Source: Vampirovibrionales bacterium (GTDB taxonomy: Bacteria; Cyanobacteriota; Vampirovibrionia; Vampirovibrionales; Vampirovibrionaceae). Taken from it: a stretch of 64,000 nt of DNA. The notes beneath the pieces are model-generated. The model was not told the origin of the DNA and did no database searches. It was given only the letters and a program-made list of their open reading frames with translations. Shown here piece by piece: positions 21,314-30,768 of the stretch. The stretch lies in assembly GCA_029866025.1 (NCBI GenBank), contig JARXAD010000002.1:49688-113687 (forward strand), read 5' to 3'. Each line of letters begins with the position of its first letter. The first letter of the stretch is position 1. The position numbers and the translations under genes were made by a program.

Positions 21314-21394
21314 CTATAAAAACCCGCCTTGGCGGGTGCTTTGTGGGTATGATGCTAAGTAGTAGACACCGTACGTTGTTGGAGACACACCGCC

Positions 21395-22459
21395 ATGATT
21401 CCAGACTGGATTTGGGAAGGCTTGGGACTCGATCCTAAAAAATATTCAGGCGGCGGCAACACGCCATCGTACGGTGACGGCAGCGGCGGAGGATTTAAGA
21501 TGAACAGTGGCAACACATGGTTTGGCCTTAATCCCCTTATTGTGATTGCCATTGCGCTACTGGCCCTCAGCCAGTGTTTTGTCATTATTGAACCCGGCTA
21601 TGCCGGTGTGAGCGTGATTTTAGGACGCGCCAACACCCAATATTTGGCCAACGGCATCCATTTTAAATTGCCCTTTATTGAAGCCATTAACATCATTCGC
21701 ACCAAGCAAACCACCGTGGCGGGCGAAGCCGAGTGCTTTAGCAGCGACTTGCAAACCGTCAAGATCTCCTTTAATGCCCTATTTAGAACACCCGAAGAAC
21801 GGGCGGTGGATCTCTTTACCAATTATCGCGGTGACCGCGCCTATGAAGAGTTACTCTACCCTCGGATTCAAGATTCCATCAAACAAGTGGCGGCCTTGTA
21901 CCGAGCGGAAGACCTAGTGAAAAGCCGAGACAAAGTAAAACTGCAGGCGGCACGCTTGGTACGTAAATCCTTGCGCGTTAAAAAGGGCTACGACATTGAT
22001 GATGTGTTTGTGTTGGAACGCAAACAGCAAGCGTTGGAAATGGCCCTGGATTCCCTACCAAGTGATGCCCCTGAGCGGAAAGCCATTAACGCCCAGCTGC
22101 TGGCCTTGGGACAAGAAAGCAACAAAATGCTGAATACCACCGCCTTGGTAGAGTTGGTGGATTTGCCCATTAGCAACATTGATTTGACCGATGAGCTGGA
22201 AAAAGCCATTGAGCAAAAGCAAATTAAAGAACAAGAAGCTTTGGCCAAGCGTTACGAGCTTGAAAAAGCCAAGCGTGACGCCGAGATTACCATCGTCAAT
22301 GCGCAGGCCGAGGCCAAGTCGGTGCAAATTAAGGGTGCCGCATTACGCTCTGCCCCTGCTGTGATTGACCTAGAAATTGCCAAAAAATGGGACGGTAAAT
22401 CGCCCACCACTGTTGTTGTGGGCCGTGGCGGCGCCAACGTATTGTTACCACTTAAGTAA
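21395..22459 (+). CDS. SPFH/band-7 (prohibitin/HflK-C-like) membrane protein.
   Basis: TM LIVIAIALLALS then VIIEPGYAGVSVILGR...TVAGEAECFSSDLQTVKIS, typical of the SPFH core, with a C-terminal coiled-coil. The true start may be the internal Met near 21497. Confidence 0.75.
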   Translation: MIPDWIWEGLGLDPKKYSGGGNTPSYGDGSGGGFKMNSGNTWFGLNPLIVIAIALLALSQCFVIIEPGYAGVSVILGRANTQYLANGIHFKLPFIEAINIIRTKQTTVAGEAECFSSDLQTVKISFNALFRTPEERAVDLFTNYRGDRAYEELLYPRIQDSIKQVAALYRAEDLVKSRDKVKLQAARLVRKSLRVKKGYDIDDVFVLERKQQALEMALDSLPSDAPERKAINAQLLALGQESNKMLNTTALVELVDLPISNIDLTDELEKAIEQKQIKEQEALAKRYELEKAKRDAEITIVNAQAEAKSVQIKGAALRSAPAVIDLEIAKKWDGKSPTTVVVGRGGANVLLPLK

Positions 22460-22471
22460 ACTCGCTATTCG

Positions 22472-23074
22472 TTAGCCTGTATACGATTGAGAAGGCCACC
22501 GTTGGCCTTGTTGTGCCCCTTGTGGCTGTACTTGCAGCCCCTGTTGCACTTGTAATGGTTGTTGTACTTGCGGTTGCTGCTGTTTTGCATTCACGGCCAG
22601 ATATTTCAACATTTCCAGCTGCGCTTCTTCTTTTTGCAGCCGAATCTCCTCCAGACGTTCTTTGCGAGCGTCAGAGGCTTTATCATCTTTGTCGTCTTCC
22701 TCTTCTTCAATCTTGTCTTCGGCTTTTTTCACTTTGTCCTCAGCAGCCATTTGGGTAAATTTACCCGACCCTATTTCTTTCATAATGGCAGAAATGGTAC
22801 TGGACTGCTGGCCGCTTAGCGGGTTAGCTGTAGGATTATTGAGCTGCTTCATCATCGCGGAATCCAAGCCACCCAAGGCGGTAATTTGACTTGATATTGC
22901 GCTAAACCCTGCAATGCCCGCGTTTAAATCCATACCCAAAGGATTGATGGGCAAGCTTAGAGGATCGACACCCGTGCCCGTGTTGGCACCTAACATACTG
23001 GCAGGCAACCCCATGTTTAAATTGGTATTCATATTGGCAGGCAAATTAAAACCTGCAGGAATGCTTATAGTCAT
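22472..23074 (-). CDS. Hypothetical protein with acidic coiled-coil and Q/P-rich C-terminus.
   Basis: ORF only; EEEDDKDDK and QQPQVQQPLQVQQGLQVQPQ low-complexity. Confidence 0.35.
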   Translation of the reverse strand: MTISIPAGFNLPANMNTNLNMGLPASMLGANTGTGVDPLSLPINPLGMDLNAGIAGFSAISSQITALGGLDSAMMKQLNNPTANPLSGQQSSTISAIMKEIGSGKFTQMAAEDKVKKAEDKIEEEEDDKDDKASDARKERLEEIRLQKEEAQLEMLKYLAVNAKQQQPQVQQPLQVQQGLQVQPQGAQQGQRWPSQSYTG

Positions 23075-23187
23075 TACTCACTCTCCTCTTTAAGGCGTTC
23101 ACACGCCAGTTAGTATTTTTTAGCTACTCACTCTTACAGTAATAAAAACATTTTATTTTGCAAAATTGCTCTTTTGATTGAAAAACT

Positions 23188-24276
23188 TTAGCCCGCAGAT
23201 TGGCCGCCGCGCTCGCGCCACCACACCAATAGCAAACTGGCTACCCAAATACTGGAATACGTCCCCGCCGTAATACCCACCACCAAGGCCAAGGTAAACA
23301 AGTGGGTGCTTTGCCCCCCAAAGAAAAACAGGGTAAGCATGGGCAATAGCGCCGTAACGGAGGTGTTAATACTGCGCGACAAGGTTTGGTTAATGCTGAT
23401 GTTGGCCAGCGTGCTAAAAGGTAGTTTTTTGCTATAAAACAGGCGCAAGTTTTCGCGAATCCGGTCAAACACCACAATGGTATCGTGGACGCTAAAGCCC
23501 ACCACCGTCAGCATCGCCGTTATAAACAGGCTGTCCACTTCTATACCATACAGGTACCCCAACCCGGCAAACACGCCAATCACAAACAAGGTATCGTGCA
23601 GCAAGGCCACAATGGCGCAAATGGCGTAATCAAACTGAAAACGGAAGGTTAAAAAACCGACAATCAAAACATAGGCTGCTACCAACGCCAAAATACCGTT
23701 GGTGAGAAGTTCACTCGCCAAGGTAGGGCCAATAGCGGTTTTTTGAAGCAAGGTAAAGGGGCCCACTTGTTGGGTAATGCCAGCGCCAATGGTGGCCATG
23801 GCCCCTTCTGGCAAATGGGGCATGCGCAACGACACAATGGTTTTAAGCGAAGCGTTTACAGATGCTTTGGAAACATTTGATTTGTCGGCAGAGGTTTTAG
23901 AAGCCTCTAACGCGGCCTGAGGTTGTTGCAATTGAACAATGGCGTCTTTATAGCCCGCCTCTTTCACCACGGTTTGGATGGTGACGCCATCGGCTGCCGT
24001 TAAAGGTTTGTTAAAGCCCATTTCTACCAACGTGCCGCCGGTAAAATCAATGCCCAGCTTTACTGGGGCATGATTGGGTTGCTGCCACATCATCAGGGCA
24101 ATAAACACAATGCTGGGAATCAGCAACAAGGCAGAAATGGCAATATACCAGCCACGTTGGCTTACCAAGTTCACCGGCCCTGTGGGCAGTTTATCCAACA
24201 AGTTAGTGGAAGTAGCGGTAATGTTGGAAGGAGAAGTCATAGGGGCAGCCGAGGTTGCAGTAGTCATGGGAAGCAA
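23188..24276 (-). CDS. secF: Protein translocase subunit SecF.
   Basis: Six-TM SecF topology with the conserved DxxxVxDR..E region (VHDTIVVFDRIREN). It lies immediately downstream of secD. Confidence 0.85.
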   Translation of the reverse strand: MLPMTTATSAAPMTSPSNITATSTNLLDKLPTGPVNLVSQRGWYIAISALLLIPSIVFIALMMWQQPNHAPVKLGIDFTGGTLVEMGFNKPLTAADGVTIQTVVKEAGYKDAIVQLQQPQAALEASKTSADKSNVSKASVNASLKTIVSLRMPHLPEGAMATIGAGITQQVGPFTLLQKTAIGPTLASELLTNGILALVAAYVLIVGFLTFRFQFDYAICAIVALLHDTLFVIGVFAGLGYLYGIEVDSLFITAMLTVVGFSVHDTIVVFDRIRENLRLFYSKKLPFSTLANISINQTLSRSINTSVTALLPMLTLFFFGGQSTHLFTLALVVGITAGTYSSIWVASLLLVWWRERGGQSAG

Positions 24277-24291
24277 AGTCCTAAAATAAAA

Positions 24292-25536
24292 TTAATGAGC
24301 AGCAGAGCGCTGAGAATCACGTTGATTATCAAACATCAAGTGCAAAAAGGTTTTGGTCACCGTAATGGCAGAAAACATACTGACGGCCACACCAATGGCT
24401 AAGGTTAAGGCAAAGCCCTTCACACTTCCGGTACCCAACAAGTACAGCAGAGTGCAGGTAATAAGGGTGGTGCCGTTGCTATCCAAAATGGACGGAAACG
24501 CACGGTCAAAGCCCACATCAATGGCTTTTAGCATGGAACGGCCCATGGACAGTTCTTCTTTCATGCGGGCAAAAATCAAAATGTTGGCATCCACCGCCAT
24601 CCCCACGCTGAGGATGAAACCCGCAATACCGGCCAGGGTAAAGGTAACCCCCGCCAGGTTAAACATGGCGTAGCATAACAAGGTGTACACCAGCAATGCT
24701 GCTGAAGCCACCAGCCCTTGCAGGCGATACATGACCACCATAAACAACAACACCAAACCAAGGCCAGCAATGCCTGCCGTCATGCTTTGGCGAATGGACG
24801 CCGCCCCTAACAAAGGGCCGACGGTGTTTTCTTCAATAAAGCTCACATCCAGCGGCAAGGCCCCTGCATTCAGGGTGTCTACCATGCTCTTGGCTTCGTC
24901 GTATTTAAAGCTACCCGTAATTTGCCCCGACCCGCTGGGAATGGCCGATTGCACCGAAGGCGCCGAAATGGGCACTCCATCAAAGAAAATTCCCAAAGGC
25001 TCGTGATTCACTACCAATTTTTCAGTTAGCTTACGGAAGGCGGTTTTGCCTTGAGCATTGAGTTGAAAAGACACCACCCAGCCATTGGCGCCATCCGGAG
25101 CCACGTCGGCGCTTTCTAAATCTCGCCCCGAAACACCCGAAGGCAACCAAATGGGCTCGCCGGTTTTGGGATCTTTGCTCACGGTTCTAAACTCTAACAA
25201 CCCCGTTTTACCGATGCGGGCCTTGGCATCTTCGGGGTCAAACACACCGGGGATTTCCACAATCAAGCGATTTTCACCCGAGCGCTGCACGACGGTTTCC
25301 GCCACACCCATTTGGTCAATGCGGCGCTGAATGATTTGTTGCAAGGCGTCCATGGCTTTGGGGGCAATAACCGCCGTTGCCTTACCCAATTGGGTGGGTG
25401 CTTTGGCTTCCATCACCAAACGAACCCCGCCGGACAAATCCAAGCCCAGCGTGGCCGGATGTTTAACCACCCACACCAAGGCGCCCATCACCAAGGCTAA
25501 AATAATGAGCAGCATCACACGAGGGTTTTCTAGCAT
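24292..25536 (-). CDS. secD: Protein translocase subunit SecD.
   Basis: N-terminal TM, a large periplasmic domain and a C-terminal six-TM bundle with GIAGFILSVGMAVDANILIFARMKEE. Confidence 0.85.
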   Translation of the reverse strand: MLENPRVMLLIILALVMGALVWVVKHPATLGLDLSGGVRLVMEAKAPTQLGKATAVIAPKAMDALQQIIQRRIDQMGVAETVVQRSGENRLIVEIPGVFDPEDAKARIGKTGLLEFRTVSKDPKTGEPIWLPSGVSGRDLESADVAPDGANGWVVSFQLNAQGKTAFRKLTEKLVVNHEPLGIFFDGVPISAPSVQSAIPSGSGQITGSFKYDEAKSMVDTLNAGALPLDVSFIEENTVGPLLGAASIRQSMTAGIAGLGLVLLFMVVMYRLQGLVASAALLVYTLLCYAMFNLAGVTFTLAGIAGFILSVGMAVDANILIFARMKEELSMGRSMLKAIDVGFDRAFPSILDSNGTTLITCTLLYLLGTGSVKGFALTLAIGVAVSMFSAITVTKTFLHLMFDNQRDSQRSAAH

Positions 25537-25578
25537 CGGTCTTAATCCACAACAACGGGCGGTACGAATGCCTTTAAT

Positions 25579-26526
25579 TTACCGCAACCACAGCACCGAA
25601 TGAATGGGGCGACGAACGGGCTGCCCTTTAGCATCACGCATGCCTTCAATCCACTGGCCTTTTGGGTGGGCTTCGTCTTGTATCCACAAGCTGCTAGAGC
25701 TGCCACCATCCAGAGCCATGGCTTGGGTAGCGCCCAGATCTTCAAAGGCTTGGGCAAACTGGGGCAAGGTCCATCCGGGGGTTTGACCCTTAGCGGTGGG
25801 AGTTCTCTGGCCTAAAACTATAACAACGGTGCCATCCGGACGAAGACCCACACCACTACGGGCCGCCGAACGATAGACCCCAATAGGATCACGCTTACCC
25901 CCCTGGGCATAAAAGCGTTCGTCTTCTGCCGTTAAGGTGGGCAGCAACTGCGGACCAGCCCCAATGCGGGCATCCACCGTGCAGCCAGATGACACGGGGT
26001 CGTTGTGGCGTTGAATGCTCGCCCGATACTCGGGAGCAAGCGCTGTGCGAGGGCATTGCAACAACCGCAGCTCGGATCGGTTTTGAATGGCCTCCCAATA
26101 AGGCTTTAATCCCTCGTTGTTGGTGAGACGTGGGTTGTCTTCAGGGCTAAAGGGGCTCAATGTGGCCACCATGGAACGAGAGCCATCGACCCAAACAGAC
26201 GGTTGCCCGTAGGAAGCAGCCAAACCATTGGCTGGATCAAAAAATCCGGCATTAATGGCTACTTTGGGCTGATAATTTTTGCCAAGGGTGGGCATGGTTT
26301 GCAAAGGGCTAAACGCTGCCACTGCCAACCGGTGAATATCCTTCATATCAACCCAGTGCAAGGTGCCTTGAGGGGTGACTTTAGCATGATAAACGAATGC
26401 TTCGAAAACGGGAGTCCACTGTTGGGTAGAACCTTGCTGTGCATAGGCAATGATGCCCAGATAAGACCCACATAGGACCAGGGTACACAGCAGCCCTATG
26501 GTGACCATTGTCCAAGTACGTGTCAT
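25579..26526 (-). CDS. Phosphodiester glycosidase family (NAGPA/DUF2233-like) exported protein.
   Basis: N-terminal signal/TM, AINAGFFDP and AMALDGGSSSSL motifs characteristic of the family. A paralog is at 42411..43514. Confidence 0.55.
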   Translation of the reverse strand: MTRTWTMVTIGLLCTLVLCGSYLGIIAYAQQGSTQQWTPVFEAFVYHAKVTPQGTLHWVDMKDIHRLAVAAFSPLQTMPTLGKNYQPKVAINAGFFDPANGLAASYGQPSVWVDGSRSMVATLSPFSPEDNPRLTNNEGLKPYWEAIQNRSELRLLQCPRTALAPEYRASIQRHNDPVSSGCTVDARIGAGPQLLPTLTAEDERFYAQGGKRDPIGVYRSAARSGVGLRPDGTVVIVLGQRTPTAKGQTPGWTLPQFAQAFEDLGATQAMALDGGSSSSLWIQDEAHPKGQWIEGMRDAKGQPVRRPIHSVLWLR

Positions 26527-26952
26527 GCAACCCTATTCCTACCAAGACTCATCATGAAAGGGATAATAGTAGCATTAAAAGCGTTTATTCACGGGTGCAC
26601 ACAGGCTTTTTGACTTTTATTGACGGAAGCTGACACCCTGTATATAGTGGTACGATGGACTTTCACAGGTCTGGTATCATCCAACAAAAAAATACTAAGC
26701 CTTAAAAAACAAGGATTAGCACCAAATGGGTGCATTTGGGTTTAATACGATTAAGCCCGCCTCCCTATCAAACTCTATCTGGTCTTCAAGGGCATGAGAG
26801 ACTCCGTCCCTTCCTTGCTACTGTTCAAAAAATTGAGCCAAGACACTTGAAGAGAGACCTGAACACTGGTTGTATTCCCCCCTGTGAATTAAGCCCCCCT
26901 CGGGCAGGCCTATTTTCCACCTGCTCGTCATTTGTGAGTTAAGCCCCCCTTC

Positions 26953-27873
26953 GTGCCGTTTTTCTTCACAATTTTTAACCTGCCCTTTATGGCGCAGATT
27001 GCATTGATGGCACGCGCCATGGTTGCGGCAGCCCGCATTGTGGTGGATCACCCAAAGTTTAATCAACACTCCAACCTATCGCCTGAGGAAGTAAGAGCCA
27101 ACTACGCCGAACGCTGGTTTATGGAAGCGGGGGGAACACTATTACAACACGCGGCCATGTACGGCGCTATGCAAGGCATCAGTCGCTGGTTTGAGAGCTG
27201 TTTAGAACGCCCTTACAAGGCAGTGTGTCAATCGCTAAAAGTGTTTCCTCAAGGAGTCCAAGACGCCTTTACCAAACACTTTGGGCAAGGGGGATTAGCC
27301 CACCCCACACGCGGGCTGATTCATCGAGCCACCTTTCATGGCGATAGCTTTCGCCCATTTCGAACCACCGTTCAAAAAGGGGTGGGAGGTTCTCTTCAGG
27401 CCTTCTTTGATTCGGCGAGACCGCACTTAAAAGAACACACGCCCCACAATATGGCGGCATTGGAAAAGGCCATTCAACCCTTTAGCGGCAAGTTGCTTCG
27501 GCGCGTGGCCGCAACGCCTCTGATGGGCGTGTTGGCGGGCTGTGTGACAGGCGGTATTCTCATTCAGTTTTTTAACGATCGGGTGTTTCGCCCCTTAGTG
27601 GCCCAAGGGCTAGGAATTAATCGAAACAAGCCCACCAAAACGGTTTCAAACTCTTTAGCACCTCCGACAGCCCCCTCTACCTCTCCCTACCTAGCCATTG
27701 CCTCCACCCCATCGTCTTCAATCTTAAATCAAGTAGACGGACCCAGACCAGAACCTCTCGATGCAAGCGTTGTCCGGGCCATGTCATTAAACAGCCTGCA
27801 ATTAGAAAGTTTTCAACGCTTTGCGGCTCTCCCTAGCCCTTCAAACAGTGTGGGAGGCAAAGCCTTGTGGTAA
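26953..27873 (+). CDS. Hypothetical protein with one C-proximal TM helix (cluster member A).
   Basis: ORF from GTG 26953 (ATG 26989 possible). TM ATPLMGVLAGCVTGGILIQFF. The C-terminal tail is rich in S, T and P. No recognisable domain. Confidence 0.4.
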   Translation: MPFFFTIFNLPFMAQIALMARAMVAAARIVVDHPKFNQHSNLSPEEVRANYAERWFMEAGGTLLQHAAMYGAMQGISRWFESCLERPYKAVCQSLKVFPQGVQDAFTKHFGQGGLAHPTRGLIHRATFHGDSFRPFRTTVQKGVGGSLQAFFDSARPHLKEHTPHNMAALEKAIQPFSGKLLRRVAATPLMGVLAGCVTGGILIQFFNDRVFRPLVAQGLGINRNKPTKTVSNSLAPPTAPSTSPYLAIASTPSSSILNQVDGPRPEPLDASVVRAMSLNSLQLESFQRFAALPSPSNSVGGKALW

Positions 27874-28865
27874 CCACCTCCCGCATAGCGTCCCAAAGCA
27901 AAGCCCCTGTTTCTAAAACCTTTAGGCAGGGTTCTTCCATTTTGTCTCGGCCCACTGTTACCCAGTTTTCGGGGGCAAGAACACTCCCTCGCCAAGTGAT
28001 GTCTCATTATGGCAATATTTTGGTACAACAAGCGTCTGCCTTAAAGTACTACCCCGCCATTATTGCCAGCCTATTGCTGGTTACCTTTCGTTGCTTTATT
28101 AGTTGGGGCAGCAGCATTAAGGCCCGGGGCACCACCCAGCAAGATTATGTGGAAAAGCAGGCCTACAGCACAACCTTTAGAGAAATTGGTGCGTTTTTAG
28201 GCACGTATGGCTTTATGAAGCTGTTTGAAGCCAACCGAAAGCGGCATTTACTCAGTTTGCTGAGTTTGGGTAAACATGGACAAAAACTTGCTTTAAAAAC
28301 ACCTTTTTATGAGTTGCCCCGCATTGGTCCAACGACTCGATCTTTTGGGACTGATTTATGGAACAGTTTACGAGGGAAAAGTATTTCCACAGAGCTTACC
28401 TCTAAGCGCTTGTATTTAGAGCTGGAAGACGATTTTTCCAAGGCAAAGCCAGCCAAATTTTTAGAAAAACTCAACGATAGTGGGTTTTTTCGTAGCTGGA
28501 TGCGCTTGAGCAAATGGTTTGACGCGGATGCAAGAAGCATTGCTTTAAGTGCCGAAAATTTTGCCGACCCCAGAAAACTACAAACTGTATTAAAAGCCGT
28601 TACCAAATATGCCCCCATTACCGCTGGGGCTGTATTGGCCACGGCGTTATCGGGCGTGTTGCTAGAGTGGTTTACCTTGCACAAGATGGATAGCTTTACT
28701 CGCTGGCTAAGTGGCGCCAAACCTTTGCCCAATATTCCAACTAACCTCCCTTATGGGGCGGTGCCAGTGGCAGCTCAGCCCATGATGAACCTTCGCAACG
28801 CAGACGCTCTATCTGCAAGTCAAAAAGCCAATCGTCTGTTCCACCAATTTCAACAGAATCAATAA
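27867..28865 (+). CDS. Hypothetical membrane protein (cluster member B).
   Basis: ORF overlaps the member A stop. TMs at YYPAIIASLLLVTF and APITAGAVLATALSGVLLEWF. No recognisable domain. Confidence 0.4.
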   Translation: MVTTSRIASQSKAPVSKTFRQGSSILSRPTVTQFSGARTLPRQVMSHYGNILVQQASALKYYPAIIASLLLVTFRCFISWGSSIKARGTTQQDYVEKQAYSTTFREIGAFLGTYGFMKLFEANRKRHLLSLLSLGKHGQKLALKTPFYELPRIGPTTRSFGTDLWNSLRGKSISTELTSKRLYLELEDDFSKAKPAKFLEKLNDSGFFRSWMRLSKWFDADARSIALSAENFADPRKLQTVLKAVTKYAPITAGAVLATALSGVLLEWFTLHKMDSFTRWLSGAKPLPNIPTNLPYGAVPVAAQPMMNLRNADALSASQKANRLFHQFQQNQ

Positions 28866-28905
28866 GTCTTAAGTGTATGGATCCAGCACCCCCCAAGTGT
28901 CTTAA

Positions 28906-29409
28906 ATGTTTTCCCTTACCTCTGTGCTTCAATACATAAGTCTGTTGAATAACGGTGCACTGGAGTACGTAACAATGGCTGGGCTGGGCTTAACCAACGT
29001 GTGTTTAGGAACCGATTTAATCTACATCCCCCGGGTTCAGCAAGGCCTTAAACGCTTTGCACGCCACTACGCGAGCAAATTATTTACATCCCAAGAATGG
29101 GACTATTGCCAAACCCACGCCGGAGGCCCCCTCCAGCAAGCCACTATAAAAGCAGCCACCCTAATGGCTGCCCGTTTGGCAACCAAAGAAGCTGTGGCCA
29201 AGGCACTGGGGTGCGGCCTGAACGGCTTAGGGTATGGCCAAGGGATTCATTGGCAGTCCATTGAAGTGGTTTCTGCCCTTCACCAGCCCCCTACCTTAAT
29301 GCTGCACGATAAAGCGTTTGTGGTGGCCAACCAACGGGGTATTACTCAGTGGCTACTAAGCTGGTCTCATGACGGAGACTACGCAACAGCAACAGTCATT
29401 GGCTTATAA
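28906..29409 (+). CDS. acpS: Holo-[acyl-carrier-protein] synthase (4'-phosphopantetheinyl transferase, AcpS type) with an N-terminal extension.
   Basis: GLGTDLIYIPRVQ matches the G.G.D...I.R motif and EAVAKALG.G matches the conserved helix. Core is about 125 aa. Confidence 0.7.
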   Translation: MFSLTSVLQYISLLNNGALEYVTMAGLGLTNVCLGTDLIYIPRVQQGLKRFARHYASKLFTSQEWDYCQTHAGGPLQQATIKAATLMAARLATKEAVAKALGCGLNGLGYGQGIHWQSIEVVSALHQPPTLMLHDKAFVVANQRGITQWLLSWSHDGDYATATVIGL

Positions 29410-29427
29410 GCGAATCTCATAATTTGA

Positions 29428-30768
29428 TTGTTTTTATCAGTCAGCAATTATATCACGCAATTGTCATTGTTAGCAACAAAACGATACACAGCCCCTAAGA
29501 ATAGGCAATTTGTACTATTGAGGACCTTTAAGACAACAGTCTCTCTTTCACTCACACGGCTTGGCAAAAAATTACAGTATTTTTTGCACCCTGTTCATTG
29601 GATGGCTTACTTTTTTATGGCACCTGGCATTAAGGGCGTTACACCCCTTTCTTTTTCATCCACCCAAACACCCTCTGCTACGGCATTGGCTTTGTCTGCC
29701 ATGGATAACAACCAGCTGCCTATGTTGGCTCGCTCGGTCTCCATGGGACGTGTGGGGGTTACAACGCATCTTAAACAACAAGGCTTTGGCAGCAGTGCTG
29801 AAGCCTTGTTGTTTAAGCCCACTATTTGGGACGCTTTTGCCAATCGGTTGTACGAAGGTTTTCGTGGGGATCTTAATGTAATCACCGGGGAGGCGCGGCA
29901 AGGGTTTCGATTGAGCGAAACAAAAGGCCAAATTGCTGGGCTTTCGCTGGAAGACTGGATGAGTCGTTTTAATACTATTTTTGCTGTGTACATCCCTCAA
30001 AACATTGCCGCAATTAAAGCTCAATCTCATCAAATGGAAACATTTGGACGCAACGTTTTAACATGGTTTGCCACCTTTGGTCTCATCAGGCTAATGAAAA
30101 ACGACAGCTTCAGCTTCCCTAAGCTGGTGGACAGATGGCTGTTATCACCGGAAAAGAAGCTGCTTTGGGGGCGTATTAATACTGGCTTGGGCTTTGACTA
30201 CAAAGATTTGTTACGAGCCGCTTCCAACCATTTGTCGAGTAAAGGTATTGATGCGTCGCAAGCCAGTTATTACCGCGTGGAAGCCGCTAGCGATTTAATC
30301 AACAAGCTAAGCGATGAGCACGGCAAAGCCATTAAGGCCATTGATTGGAAAAATCCAGACAAAGGGGCATTGAGTGCTTTAGAAACCGAGCTGAAGAGTT
30401 TCTTTAATCTTCGCCCGCATCAGTTTGAGCGTTTGGGAGCAAAATACGGCAAAGAAGTGGGGGACCCGAAAGGGATTGTAAGCTTTGCCAAAACCATTTT
30501 AGAGCGCGGACCCGTTTTCCTGAAACGCTTGTCTTATTCCAAGCTGGCAGCAGTAGCCCTTTCCACCATTGTGTTTGCCGTTCTTATTGGTGATTTTGTC
30601 TTACGCCTAAACTGGCTGACGTTCGCACGCCTGGACAAAGATTTTGACCCCAAATCGATGGAAAAACGAAAAGCAAGCAAGAAAGAAGGTATCAAATCCC
30701 TGGTACCGCCTACATACCTTTTTAAGGCTTTGCCCAGTAACCTAACCGCCACGGGAGGAGATCACTAA
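29428..30768 (+). CDS. Hypothetical protein with a C-terminal TM anchor (cluster member C).
   Basis: ORF only. TM LAAVALSTIVFAVLIGDFVL near the C-terminus. The start is uncertain; an internal Met near 29701 is possible. Confidence 0.4.
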   Translation: MFLSVSNYITQLSLLATKRYTAPKNRQFVLLRTFKTTVSLSLTRLGKKLQYFLHPVHWMAYFFMAPGIKGVTPLSFSSTQTPSATALALSAMDNNQLPMLARSVSMGRVGVTTHLKQQGFGSSAEALLFKPTIWDAFANRLYEGFRGDLNVITGEARQGFRLSETKGQIAGLSLEDWMSRFNTIFAVYIPQNIAAIKAQSHQMETFGRNVLTWFATFGLIRLMKNDSFSFPKLVDRWLLSPEKKLLWGRINTGLGFDYKDLLRAASNHLSSKGIDASQASYYRVEAASDLINKLSDEHGKAIKAIDWKNPDKGALSALETELKSFFNLRPHQFERLGAKYGKEVGDPKGIVSFAKTILERGPVFLKRLSYSKLAAVALSTIVFAVLIGDFVLRLNWLTFARLDKDFDPKSMEKRKASKKEGIKSLVPPTYLFKALPSNLTATGGDH

